A stretch of DNA of 64,000 nucleotides from an uncultured bacterium. GTDB lineage: Bacteria > Verrucomicrobiota > Kiritimatiellia > RFP12 > UBA1067. The number at the start of each line of letters is the position of its first letter. Positions within the stretch are counted from its first letter, which is position 1. Location: contig CACYCL010000198.1 of assembly GCA_902772905.1 (NCBI GenBank), positions 1,177 to 65,176 on the forward strand, given 5' to 3'. The translations under genes were made by a program, and so were the position numbers. Below, piece after piece: positions 27,003 to 35,835 of this stretch. The notes under the pieces were generated by a model. That model was not told the DNA's origin. It worked only from the letters and a program-made list of their open reading frames with translations, and did no database searches.

Positions 27003-27749
27003 TTATGCGACCTGTGTGCGGTCCTTGTAGCAACCAAGTGGATAGAAGGGAATCATCTTCTCTTCGACCCATTGACACGCCTTGTCAGGCGTGAGGCCCC
27101 AGTTCGTCGGGCACGTAGACACTACTTCCACAAGCGAGAAACCACGTCCTTCAACCTGGTTGCGGAACGCCTTCAGTATCGCCTTCTTGGCCTGTCGCAC
27201 ATGCGCAACCGTATTTACCGCAACGCGCTCCAAATATGCCGGAGCATCAAGCGACGACAGAAGTTCGCAAATGCGAATCGGCATTCCCTGTGTCTTCGCA
27301 TCACGTCCGTACGGCGATGTCTGCGTGACTTGGCCAATCAGAGATGTTGGCGCCATCTGCCCACCGGTCATGCCGTATATCGCGTTGTTGATGAATATTA
27401 TCGTAACATTCTCACCGCGGCACGCGCAGGATACGGTTTCGCAAAGCCCGATGGACGCCAGGTCTCCGTCGCCCTGGTAGGTGAATACGACATGATCTGG
27501 CAGCGAGCGCTTGACGCCCGTCGCAACAGCCGGGGCGCGTCCATGGGACGCCTCAATCATGTCGCACGCAAAATAGTCGTAGGCCATGACGGAGCACCCT
27601 ACAGGAGCGATGCCTATGGTGCGCCCCTCGATCCCCAACTCGTCTATAGCCTCAGCGACAAGTCTGTGCACAATGCCATGCGTACAGCCAGGGCAGTAGT
27701 GAAGAACCGCGTCAGTGAGTGATTTCGGCTTCTGAAAAACGATTGCCAT
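27003..27749 (-). CDS. 2-oxoacid:ferredoxin oxidoreductase beta (TPP-binding) subunit
   Basis: Trimmed to MAIVFQKPKSL. Contains CPGCTHG and GDGD...INNAIYGMTGGQ. The start lies 1 nt after the alpha-subunit stop. Confidence 0.9.
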   Translation of the reverse strand: MAIVFQKPKSLTDAVLHYCPGCTHGIVHRLVAEAIDELGIEGRTIGIAPVGCSVMAYDYFACDMIEASHGRAPAVATGVKRSLPDHVVFTYQGDGDLASIGLCETVSCACRGENVTIIFINNAIYGMTGGQMAPTSLIGQVTQTSPYGRDAKTQGMPIRICELLSSLDAPAYLERVAVNTVAHVRQAKKAILKAFRNQVEGRGFSLVEVVSTCPTNWGLTPDKACQWVEEKMIPFYPLGCYKDRTQVA

Positions 27750-27750
27750 G

Positions 27751-28815
27751 TTATTTCGCCTCCTTTCGAATTGACGCGAGAACCTCATCAACCGACGGAA
27801 TCATTCCGCCGACGCGGTTGCACATCGCGACAGGCCGCGAGCAGTTTGTGGCAAGCCTTACATCTTCGTTCATCTGACCCATGTTCAACTCGACGGTAAT
27901 GAACGACCTTACGTTCTCCGCCGCCTTCGCAAACGGCTTCTTCGGAAACGGATACAGCGTGATCGGGCGTATCATGCCGACCTTGATCCCCTCTTTGCGA
28001 GCAGCAACGATGGCGTTCTTGGAAACGCGAGCGGTGATGCCGACGGAAACGACGCATACCTCTGCGTCATCCATCATGTACTCCTCCCAGCGGCACTCTT
28101 CGCGCTCAAGCTTCGCATACCGTCCAAAGCGCTCTAGGTTCGTCTTCTCCAGCTCTTCCGGCTTGAGGTAAAGCGAATTCACGATATTGTGAGGCCGCTT
28201 CATATCCGTGCCAGTCGTGGCCCATGGCTTCGTGGCGGGAATGGACTCAGGATCGACCGTGTCCTCTGGAAGGACGACCGGCTCCATCATCTGACCCATG
28301 GTGCCATCGGCAAGCAGCATTGCAGGCATGCGGTACTTCTCGCCCAACTCAAAGGCGAGTCGGGTCATGTCAGCCATCTCCTGCACTGTTGCCGGTGCGA
28401 GAACGATTATATGGAAGTCGCCATGCCCTGGGCCGCGCGTCATGAAAAAGTAGTCCGACTGGGACGGCTGGATGCCGCCAAGTCCAGGTCCGCCGCGCTG
28501 TACATTGACAATAAGCGCCGGAAGGTCCGCGCCTGCAAGATACGAGATTCCCTCTGCCTTGAGCGACACGCCTGGCGAGCTTGAACTCGTCATAGCACGC
28601 CGACCAGATGCAGCCGCACCGTAAACCATGTTTATCGCGGCGATTTCGCTTTCCGCCTGCAGGAACGTGCCGCCGATCTTCGGCATGCGCTTGGACATAT
28701 AGGCCGCAATTTCCGTCTGAGGCGTAATCGGATAACCAAAATAATGTCGGCAACCGCAGCGTATCGCAGCCTCTGCGATGGCCTCGTTGCCCTTCATCAG
28801 CACTTTAGAGCTCAT
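27751..28815 (-). CDS. 2-oxoacid:ferredoxin oxidoreductase alpha subunit
   Basis: MSSKVLMKGNEAIAEAAIRCGCRHYFGYPITPQTEI. Confidence 0.9.
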   Translation of the reverse strand: MSSKVLMKGNEAIAEAAIRCGCRHYFGYPITPQTEIAAYMSKRMPKIGGTFLQAESEIAAINMVYGAAASGRRAMTSSSSPGVSLKAEGISYLAGADLPALIVNVQRGGPGLGGIQPSQSDYFFMTRGPGHGDFHIIVLAPATVQEMADMTRLAFELGEKYRMPAMLLADGTMGQMMEPVVLPEDTVDPESIPATKPWATTGTDMKRPHNIVNSLYLKPEELEKTNLERFGRYAKLEREECRWEEYMMDDAEVCVVSVGITARVSKNAIVAARKEGIKVGMIRPITLYPFPKKPFAKAAENVRSFITVELNMGQMNEDVRLATNCSRPVAMCNRVGGMIPSVDEVLASIRKEAK

Positions 28816-28842
28816 AGATCATGTTTTCCTTCAATGATTCAA

Positions 28843-29049
28843 TTACCGCTCCACTGTGATTACGCAGTCAGGGCACATCATTGCGCAGCTTGCGCACCCG
28901 ACGCACTCATCCGGCTTCACGCATTCAACTGGGGCATGTCCCTTGTGGTTGAGTTTCGTTTTTGAGATTGCGAGTATCTTCTTCGGGCATGCTGTCACGC
29001 ATAGGCCGCAACCCTTGCACAGATCCTCGCGGAATGTGAGTTTAGCCAT
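28843..29049 (-). CDS. 4Fe-4S ferredoxin-type delta subunit (OorD/KorD-like), 68 aa
   Basis: The track ORF 28843..29337 is trimmed to MAKLTFREDLCKGCGLCVTACP ... CVGCASCAMMCP, which carries two CxxCxxCxxxCP motifs. The start overlaps the helicase stop by 8 nt. Confidence 0.85.
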   Translation of the reverse strand: MAKLTFREDLCKGCGLCVTACPKKILAISKTKLNHKGHAPVECVKPDECVGCASCAMMCPDCVITVER

Positions 29050-30934
29050 TTTGTTTGCCTCCTTCGTCCGGCGCGCAGATCCACTCTTCAAGCTTCTTCT
29101 GCTGCGCCACGGGCTTTGAATAGACATCTGATTCGTCAACTGGCGGAGCCTTGGGCTCGAGCGCATGCGCGAACTTGGGTAGCTTGCGCTGAGGAGCGTC
29201 CGTCTTGAGAAATGCAGGCGCGCCGGAGCCTGTGACTGCGTTAGCGCCGACCATCGCGGCAGCGGCAGCCTTCTCGTCGTCGCCAGCTGCCTCGCGCGCA
29301 TCGACCGCTGCCCTGGCCTCGGCGTCAACTGCGCCAAGTTTCGTGTGCCGGGCGGGAATCGGCTTCAGCAACGGATCGTCGGGGCCAATCACCGTGCATT
29401 TGAGGGTCTCGTTTATGTACGCCTCAATGTCCGGAATCTGACAGCTTTCAAATTCGTCCGCAAACGAAATCGCAATCCCTATCGACCCGGCGCGTCCCGT
29501 GCGGCCAATGCGGTGTACATAGTCCTCGGCTTCGTAGGGGAAGTCAAAGTTGACCACGTACTCCAGTCCTTTTATGTCGATGCCACGGCCTGCGACGTCC
29601 GTCGCGACAACCACCTTGATCTCGTTGTCGCGAAATGCGTCAAGCACCTTCAAGCGCTTACTCTGGTTCACGTCGCCAGAAAGCATCTCTACTGACACTC
29701 CGCGTATCTTCAGCGACTCGTATACGTCCTCGGTCGTCGTTTTGCGGTTGCAGAACACAATCGTCCTTGCGTCCGGATGGAGTGCGATGTGGTTGAAGAG
29801 CACCGTGAACTTGTCCTTCGCCTGTATCACGTACACCACCTGCTTCACCGTGTCCGTCGCGTTGGTCTCCGACTCCACCTCCGCCTTGTACGGTTCCTCC
29901 ATCCAGTTCATGGCCAACCGCATGACCGTCTCGTTGAGCGTGGCGGAGTAAAGCATCGTCGTACGCTTCTGCTTGGGCGGCAGAAAGCCAACGATGCGGC
30001 GGACGTCGGGGATGAAGCCCATGTCAAGCATCCTGTCGGCCTCGTCGATGACGAGCGTATCGACGTTTGAGAGGTTGATCACGCGAGACTTCACGAAGTC
30101 CAGAAGCCGCCCAGGCGTCGCCACAAGCAAATCGACCGGAGCCGCCAGCACTTCCTCCTTCTGGCGGTCATAGTCCATGCCGCCATAGATCGCCAGCGAT
30201 CGAAGACCGGAATACTTTCCTATTGCATCGGCATCCTTGCATATCTGTATGACAAGCTCGCGCGTAGGCGCGATGACGAGCGCGCGAGGATTGCCGCCCT
30301 CCCTGGAACGTTCCTCCGGGCTGCGCAGGTAACGCGTGATAATCGCGACAAGAAATGCAGCCGTCTTGCCGGAACCCGTCTGGGCCTTGCCAGCGATGTT
30401 CTTGCCGGCAAGCGCCTGTTCAAGGCTGAGCGCCTGAATCTCCGTACAGTACTTGAAGCCAAGGTCTGCTATTCCATGCATCACCTCTGATGGCAGGTCA
30501 AAATCATGAAACCGCTTTCTGCCCTCGGCAGGCTCTACAACGAACGATGCCGGATCCCACGCCGCATGGGCAGCCTTGCGTGCTGCCAATTCGGTGGCAC
30601 TAACCTCACCGCCCGGACGCATCTCGTTTGCTGCGGTGTTGACGGGCGCGGGACCTCTCCTTCCACGTCTTCCGCCTCTGTCGCCCCTATGCCCACCTTG
30701 CTGCTGTGAACGGTCACGACCACCACCCCGATCGCCCGATGGCCTCTGCTGGCGCTGCTGGCCTTTCTTCTGCTGCTGACCACTCTTCTGCTGGGGCTTC
30801 TGCTGCTGGCCGCTGACTTTGCTGCCACGCCCTTTGCCGCCTACGCGCCGACCCTTGCCTCCGCCACTTTGCTTCTTCTCTGGCTTGCGCCCAAGGATAG
30901 CCGCGGCAATCTTCTTGAGAAAACCGAATGCCAT
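29042..30934 (-). CDS. DEAD-box ATP-dependent RNA helicase with an N-terminal RGG/Q-rich low-complexity region, 630 aa
   Basis: Motifs AQTGSGKT, VIDEADRMLDMGF, SAT and HRIGRTGRAG. The N-terminal ~110 aa are rich in G, R, Q and K. Confidence 0.9.
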   Translation of the reverse strand: MAFGFLKKIAAAILGRKPEKKQSGGGKGRRVGGKGRGSKVSGQQQKPQQKSGQQQKKGQQRQQRPSGDRGGGRDRSQQQGGHRGDRGGRRGRRGPAPVNTAANEMRPGGEVSATELAARKAAHAAWDPASFVVEPAEGRKRFHDFDLPSEVMHGIADLGFKYCTEIQALSLEQALAGKNIAGKAQTGSGKTAAFLVAIITRYLRSPEERSREGGNPRALVIAPTRELVIQICKDADAIGKYSGLRSLAIYGGMDYDRQKEEVLAAPVDLLVATPGRLLDFVKSRVINLSNVDTLVIDEADRMLDMGFIPDVRRIVGFLPPKQKRTTMLYSATLNETVMRLAMNWMEEPYKAEVESETNATDTVKQVVYVIQAKDKFTVLFNHIALHPDARTIVFCNRKTTTEDVYESLKIRGVSVEMLSGDVNQSKRLKVLDAFRDNEIKVVVATDVAGRGIDIKGLEYVVNFDFPYEAEDYVHRIGRTGRAGSIGIAISFADEFESCQIPDIEAYINETLKCTVIGPDDPLLKPIPARHTKLGAVDAEARAAVDAREAAGDDEKAAAAAMVGANAVTGSGAPAFLKTDAPQRKLPKFAHALEPKAPPVDESDVYSKPVAQQKKLEEWICAPDEGGKQNG

Positions 30935-30960
30935 TTGTAATATGCTCTTCCCTCTGTCTG

Positions 30961-30996
30961 AAAACGGAACTGCGGCGGCGCGATTGCCGCCGCAGT
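30961..30996 (-). terminator. Rho-independent terminator after rpsI
   Basis: The minus strand reads ACTGCGGCGGC-aatcgc-GCCGCCGCAGT followed by TCCGTTTT: an 11-bp GC stem plus a U tract. Confidence 0.7.
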
Positions 30997-31008
30997 CTTG
31001 TCTGCCGC

Positions 31009-31410
31009 TTAGCGCTTCGAGAACTGGAAGCGCTTGCGGGCTCCCGGCTGACCGGGTTTCTTGCGCTCCTTCATGCGGCTGTCGCGAGTCATGCAGCCAG
31101 CCTTCTTCAGCGCGGCGCGCGTTGTCTCGTCTGCCGCGACAAGCGCACGGGCAAGACCATGGCGGATTGCACCGGCCTGGCCAGCGATGCCACCGCCCTT
31201 GGCGAAAGCCACCACATCGACATTCTCCATGTCATAGCCGGAGATCGCAACGGGCTGCTTCAAATAATCGCGCAGGGCTTCAGATGGGATGTACTCCTCG
31301 AGCTTGACGCCGTTTACAGACCACTCGCCATTGCCTTCAACGAGGTTGACACGTGCGGTCGCTGTCTTGCGGCGACCGGTTCCGGCGGAAATTGCCTTCT
31401 TGATTGCCAT
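31009..31410 (-). CDS. rpsI: 30S ribosomal protein S9
   Basis: 133 aa, ending with ARKRFQFSKR. Confidence 0.95.
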   Translation of the reverse strand: MAIKKAISAGTGRRKTATARVNLVEGNGEWSVNGVKLEEYIPSEALRDYLKQPVAISGYDMENVDVVAFAKGGGIAGQAGAIRHGLARALVAADETTRAALKKAGCMTRDSRMKERKKPGQPGARKRFQFSKR

Positions 31411-31425
31411 CGTAATATACCTCCC

Positions 31426-31857
31426 TTAAAGCTTGATTTCGACCGGCTTCTGCGCGGCGTGGGTGTGTCCTGCGCCAGCAAAGACCTTCAGACGGGTCAT
31501 CATCTTGCGCGCGATGTTGTTCTTGGGAAGCATGCCCCATACAGCCTCTTTGATCATGCGGTCTGGATGCTTCGCCCGCATCTCGGCGGCCGTGATGCGC
31601 TTCAATCCGCCCCTGTATCCGGAGTAACGCTGGTACTCCTTCTGTTCTTCCTTCTTGCCCGTGAGCTTCACTAGCGCGGCGTTCGTGACGACGACGAACG
31701 CACCAGCATCGACCGACGGATCGAACGTCGGCAGATCCTTTGCACGGAGTTTGTTTGCGGCAACGACTGCGAGACGACCAAGCGGCTGGTCCTTCGCGTC
31801 GATGAGATACCAAGCGCGCTTGTCGCCCGGATTCGGAGCACGATAGCTCTTCTGCAT
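31426..31857 (-). CDS. rplM: 50S ribosomal protein L13
   Basis: The track ORF is trimmed to MQKSYRAPNPGDKRAWYLIDAKDQPLGRLA. A Shine-Dalgarno GAAGGAAG lies upstream. Confidence 0.95.
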   Translation of the reverse strand: MQKSYRAPNPGDKRAWYLIDAKDQPLGRLAVVAANKLRAKDLPTFDPSVDAGAFVVVTNAALVKLTGKKEEQKEYQRYSGYRGGLKRITAAEMRAKHPDRMIKEAVWGMLPKNNIARKMMTRLKVFAGAGHTHAAQKPVEIKL

Positions 31858-31963
31858 CTTTTTTTCTTCCTTCTTTTTTGTGCGGGTTTGTGCCCTTTGC
31901 CAGGGGTTTTGTCCGCAGTTTACCTGTCGCCTCCGGTTAGCCCCCGAAGACGAATAGGCATGT

Positions 31964-31972
31964 ATTATAGCA
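31964..31972 (-). promoter_or_regulatory. Extended -10 promoter (TGCTATAAT) for rplM-rpsI, with a ~100-nt leader
   Basis: The minus strand reads gtttttGCTATAATacatgcc. The box abuts the hisF terminator U tract. Confidence 0.5.
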
Positions 31973-31998
31973 AAAACGCCCCATTGATGCAATGGGGC
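31972..31998 (-). terminator. Rho-independent terminator after hisF
   Basis: The minus strand reads GCCCCATTG-cat-CAATGGGGC followed by GTTTTTG. Confidence 0.75.
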
Positions 31999-32028
31999 GA
32001 TCACCGCTAATTGAAAAGCGCCAAATCT

Positions 32029-32796
32029 TCAAGCGACTTTGAAGCCCTTGGCCTTTAGGAACTTCTTAAGGGTGGGTATGTCAATCACGTGGAAGTGGAA
32101 GACGCTGGCCGCCAGCAGAACATTCGCACCGGCTTCCGCAGCCTCGGCGAAATGCTCAAGCGTCCCAGCGCCACCGGAGGCAACAACGTCAACCTCTGGT
32201 CTCACAACCTCGCGAATCTTGCGGATGAGCGGCAGGTCGTACCCTGTCCTGACTCCATCCGTCGACTTCGAAGTCGGCAATATGCACCCGACGCCGAACC
32301 CGTCGGACTGCTTCGCCCACTCTACAGCGTCGCGCCCCGTTGCCGTATTGCCGCCGTCAATGTAAACCTCGTAGCCCGAGGGCATCGCAGGATTCTGCAG
32401 CACGTCAATTGCGACAGTCACAGTCTTCGGGCCGAACTCCTTGACCATCTCGCGCAGCATCATCGGATTGCGAAACGCCGCAGACGACGTGGAGAACTTG
32501 TTCGCGCCCGCGTTCAGCACTGCCTCCGCAGCTGCGACAGAGTTGATTCCGCCGCCCATCGTGAATGGCACCGTTACCGCATCAGCCACGCGACGCGTGA
32601 CATCGAGAAGTGTCGCGCGGCTCTCAAGCGTGGCCGTGATGTCGAGCATGGCGAGTTCGTCGGCACCTGCCGCGCAGTATGCGCGGCAGCACTCGACAGG
32701 ATCGCCCGCATCCTTTATGTCAACGAACTTGACGCCTTTGACGACACGCCCCGCGATCATGTCGAGGCAGGGCATGATTACAAGCTGGCGAGACAT
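32029..32796 (-). CDS. hisF: Imidazole glycerol phosphate synthase cyclase subunit
   Basis: 255 aa, IMPCLDMIAGRVVKGVKFVDIKDAGDPVE. Confidence 0.95.
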   Translation of the reverse strand: MSRQLVIMPCLDMIAGRVVKGVKFVDIKDAGDPVECCRAYCAAGADELAMLDITATLESRATLLDVTRRVADAVTVPFTMGGGINSVAAAEAVLNAGANKFSTSSAAFRNPMMLREMVKEFGPKTVTVAIDVLQNPAMPSGYEVYIDGGNTATGRDAVEWAKQSDGFGVGCILPTSKSTDGVRTGYDLPLIRKIREVVRPEVDVVASGGAGTLEHFAEAAEAGANVLLAASVFHFHVIDIPTLKKFLKAKGFKVA

Positions 32797-32810
32797 CTGG
32801 GCTCCCTCCG

Positions 32811-33902
32811 TCAGCCGTTTTTCTTCTCGAAGTCCTTCATGAAGGAGACGAGCGCGTCGACACCTTCCATCGGGAACGCGTTGTAGATCGAAGCGCGAAG
32901 GCCGCCTACGGAGCGATGCCCCTTGAGCGAACTCATGCCGAGCTTCTTCGCGTCGTCGATAAACCTTTTCTCAAGCTCCTCGTCGCCGCCCTTTATGCGC
33001 CACGTGACGTTCATGTTGGAGCGGAACTCCGGAACTGCCGTGCCAGTCCAGAACTCCGAGCCGTCAATGACATCGTATATCTTCTTGGCCTTCTCGGCGT
33101 TGAGGGCGAAGAGCTTTTCCTTGCCCATCTTCTTGACCCACTTCATCGTCTCTCCGAAGATATAGATTCCCCAGGTCGGCGGCGTGTTGAAGAGCGAGTT
33201 CTCGTCAACGTACGTGCGGTACTGGAGCATCGTCGGGATCTTGTCGTCGCCTTTGGCCGCAAGTTCCTTCTTGATAGCCACGACAGCCATGCCGGATGGA
33301 CCAAGGTTCTTCTGTGCGCCGGCGTAGAACATGTCAAACTTGTTATAGTCGCGCTCGCAGCTGAGAATGTCACTCGACATGTCGCAGATGAGAGGGCCGG
33401 TGGTCTTCGGGAACTCCTTAAGCTCTGCGCCTGCAATGGTTTCATTGGAGCAGATGTGGCAGAACTGCGCACCGTCGGTCCACTTCCACTCGATTGGCAT
33501 GCGCGTCGGAATGTCCTTCTGGCAGTCGGCGGCGACGTTCACGGTCGCACCGCGAAGCGCGGCGACCTTTTGGCCTTCCTTGAGCGCCTTGTTGGACCAT
33601 GTTCCCTGCTTGCCGTAGTCGGCCACTTCACCTTTGCCGAGGAAGTTCATCGGAATCATGGCGAACTGCATGGAAGCGCCGCCCTGAATGAAGCAAACGG
33701 ACCAGTCGTCTCCGAGACCGCACAGCTCCTTGAATGTCGCAATAGCCTCTTGGTGTATTGCGTCGTAGTCCTTGCCACGGTGAGACATCTCCATCACCGA
33801 CATTCCGCAGCCCTTGTAGTCCACAAGGTCCTTCTGCGCATCCTGCAGGACCTCGAGCGGAAGCACCGCCGGGCCTGCAGAAAAGTTATATGCACGAGCC
33901 AT
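32811..33902 (-). CDS. serC: Phosphoserine aminotransferase
   Basis: 363 aa, MARAYNFSAGPAVLPLEVLQ ... GGLRASIYNA. Confidence 0.95.
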   Translation of the reverse strand: MARAYNFSAGPAVLPLEVLQDAQKDLVDYKGCGMSVMEMSHRGKDYDAIHQEAIATFKELCGLGDDWSVCFIQGGASMQFAMIPMNFLGKGEVADYGKQGTWSNKALKEGQKVAALRGATVNVAADCQKDIPTRMPIEWKWTDGAQFCHICSNETIAGAELKEFPKTTGPLICDMSSDILSCERDYNKFDMFYAGAQKNLGPSGMAVVAIKKELAAKGDDKIPTMLQYRTYVDENSLFNTPPTWGIYIFGETMKWVKKMGKEKLFALNAEKAKKIYDVIDGSEFWTGTAVPEFRSNMNVTWRIKGGDEELEKRFIDDAKKLGMSSLKGHRSVGGLRASIYNAFPMEGVDALVSFMKDFEKKNG

Positions 33903-33978
33903 TTCTTTTTTTCCTTTCCTTTGGTTAGAGTTTATCCCTTGCCGCCATGAGAATTTATCAAGTAGGCGACGAGTGTGT

Positions 33979-33984
33979 ATTATA
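33979..33984 (-). promoter_or_regulatory. Candidate -10 box (TATAAT) upstream of serC
   Basis: The minus strand reads aaagcgTATAATacacactcg. It shares the TATAATACAC context with the rpmE and HydG-like promoters but has no TG extension. Confidence 0.35.
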
Positions 33985-34067
33985 CGCTTTTTCTTTCGCC
34001 TCGTCTAGCGGCAGCGTCAAATCAGCGGGATGGGAAAGGAATCTCCCATGTGCTACTAAACAGAGTG

Positions 34068-35168
34068 CTAGAGGCCAAACGACTTGCCTCTGCGGTACGC
34101 GAGAGGATTGGCATAGCGCCCGAATGTTCCGGTGGAAAAGTAGTCGGCGATGCAACGCGCTATTTCGCGTCCATCGGCGAACGGATCAAGTTCGATTCGC
34201 GCATATTCATCACCCGCAAAAAGCCCGGAGCCGCGATTTGCATAAACAACAAGCCTTACATCGCGCGGCGGCTCGACTCGTCTACGTCTGAGCGCGGCGA
34301 TGACGCCAAGGGAAAGGTAGTCATCCGCGACGAAGATTATGTCCGGCATCGTGCCGGAGGCAATGCGCTGTTCCACGGCCAAACGTGCTGTTTCCACCAC
34401 GTCGTCCAAGTCGAGGCATTTCACAAGTGGAATCGAGAGGCGTTCCACGAAAATGCCCCTTGCACGTAAATCCGAAGATGCGTCAACATAGGTGTCCTTC
34501 GCGAAGTCAACCTGCAATGCCGACCTTACATGGCATTTCACGCAATCCTGCACCATCGCGCGTATCGCGGCATCTTTTTCAAGACGTATCGTGCCAATAC
34601 AACGGCTAGAATTCCGGAGCGCGGTGCCAAGGGTAACCGTCGCAAATGGCACTCCGCCATCTGCAACCATGCGGCATACAAGCGACTGCCTGCTGCCGCA
34701 CGTGCGCACAAACACGAAGTCGGGCGTGCTTTTCATCGCATCGGCAAGTGGCGCAAGATAAGCGGTCTCACGCGCATCCACGCCAAGCGTAACCGGCACG
34801 ACACGGTATCCTCGCTTCGACAAGGCGCGAAAGCTCTCCGCCGTGCTGACGCGCGACGCGTAAGAGCCGAAATTCTCGGTGGAGACATCAATGACCAGAC
34901 GCTCTTTCGGCATCACTCCACGCCGCAGCACTACATGCCCAATGCGCGGACGCCCCGCAATCAGACGGTCTGCCGAGAGCTCCGCCAGAGCGCGACGAAC
35001 GACGAACTCGCTGACGCCGAACTTTGACGCAAGCACCTCACGAGACGGAAGCCTTTCTCCTGTTCGCAGCGCACCGCTGGATATGAGCTTCCTGATGCGG
35101 CCAACTACAATAGATGTCAGCGTTCTCCCAGATGAGCGCTCGCCAGCGTCTATTGAGAACATGCTCAT
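34068..35168 (-). CDS. Transcriptional regulator: GntR-type wHTH plus a LacI/PBP1-like sugar-binding domain
   Basis: IRKLISSGALRTGERLPSREVLASKFGVSEFVVRRALAELSADRLI, followed by a periplasmic-binding-protein-like fold. ATG 35168 overlaps the rnc stop. Confidence 0.75.
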   Translation of the reverse strand: MSMFSIDAGERSSGRTLTSIVVGRIRKLISSGALRTGERLPSREVLASKFGVSEFVVRRALAELSADRLIAGRPRIGHVVLRRGVMPKERLVIDVSTENFGSYASRVSTAESFRALSKRGYRVVPVTLGVDARETAYLAPLADAMKSTPDFVFVRTCGSRQSLVCRMVADGGVPFATVTLGTALRNSSRCIGTIRLEKDAAIRAMVQDCVKCHVRSALQVDFAKDTYVDASSDLRARGIFVERLSIPLVKCLDLDDVVETARLAVEQRIASGTMPDIIFVADDYLSLGVIAALRRRRVEPPRDVRLVVYANRGSGLFAGDEYARIELDPFADGREIARCIADYFSTGTFGRYANPLAYRRGKSFGL

Positions 35169-35830
35169 CAACGAACGTTTCTGAGCAGTTTCGCGGCGGC
35201 CAGCGATTCCGCTTCCTTGCGCGTTCTTGCAGAAGCCGTCGCCTCGCCTAGACCTTCCACCGCAACACGCACCGTGAATACAGGCTCATGCGCCTTCCCC
35301 GCTGTCGAAAGCAGTTCGTATCTAGGATGCTGCGGTGGCTTCATCGCCTGCGCATGAACTTGAAGGTCACCCTTGGGATTCGCGGTCCACTCACCATTTT
35401 CCGCAATAGCTTCCAGTCCAAGAGCCTCGAATACGCAACGCGCCCCATTCAGCCCGCCGTCGATGTATGCCGCTCCAAATATCGCCTCCACCGCATCGGC
35501 CAGAGTCTTCGATCCGCTTGGCAGAGGCATGGCCGCCTTGTTGCGCCTGAGCCGCTCCGCAAGGCCAAGCCTGCCTGCTGCCGCGCAAAGCGCGGCAGCC
35601 GACACCATGCGCGAACGGCGAACAGTCAGGCTGCCCTCAGGTTCGTCGGGAAAGTTTCTGTACAGCCGCTCCGCCGCCAACATCCCAAGCACTGCGTCGC
35701 CGAGAAATTCCAGACGCTGGTTGTCGGTCGCGTGAGGAAAATCCATCCTGTATGCAGGCGCAGTAAGAGCCTCTGCGAGCAGCTTGGCATCGCGGAATTC
35801 GTATCCTATGACCTTCTGTAGTTCTTCCAC
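35168..35830 (-). CDS. rnc: Ribonuclease III (start uncertain; GTG 35830 preferred)
   Basis: ELQKVIGYEFRDAKLLAEALT ... NQRLEFLGDAVLG, with a dsRBD at the C-terminus. The track start at 35953 would overlap lysS by 118 nt. The in-frame GTG at 35830 lies 5 nt after the lysS stop. Confidence 0.8.
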   Translation of the reverse strand: MEELQKVIGYEFRDAKLLAEALTAPAYRMDFPHATDNQRLEFLGDAVLGMLAAERLYRNFPDEPEGSLTVRRSRMVSAAALCAAAGRLGLAERLRRNKAAMPLPSGSKTLADAVEAIFGAAYIDGGLNGARCVFEALGLEAIAENGEWTANPKGDLQVHAQAMKPPQHPRYELLSTAGKAHEPVFTVRVAVEGLGEATASARTRKEAESLAAAKLLRNVR

Positions 35831-35835
35831 GGCCG

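Noticed and set aside
32916-33950. A 344-aa plus-strand ORF spanning almost all of serC in antisense. A similar ORF, 40102..41427 + (441 aa), lies antisense to purD.
   Set aside because: serC and purD are unambiguous on the minus strand. The antisense products are Leu/Arg/His-rich with no recognisable motifs, and the start codons are non-ATG in the track.
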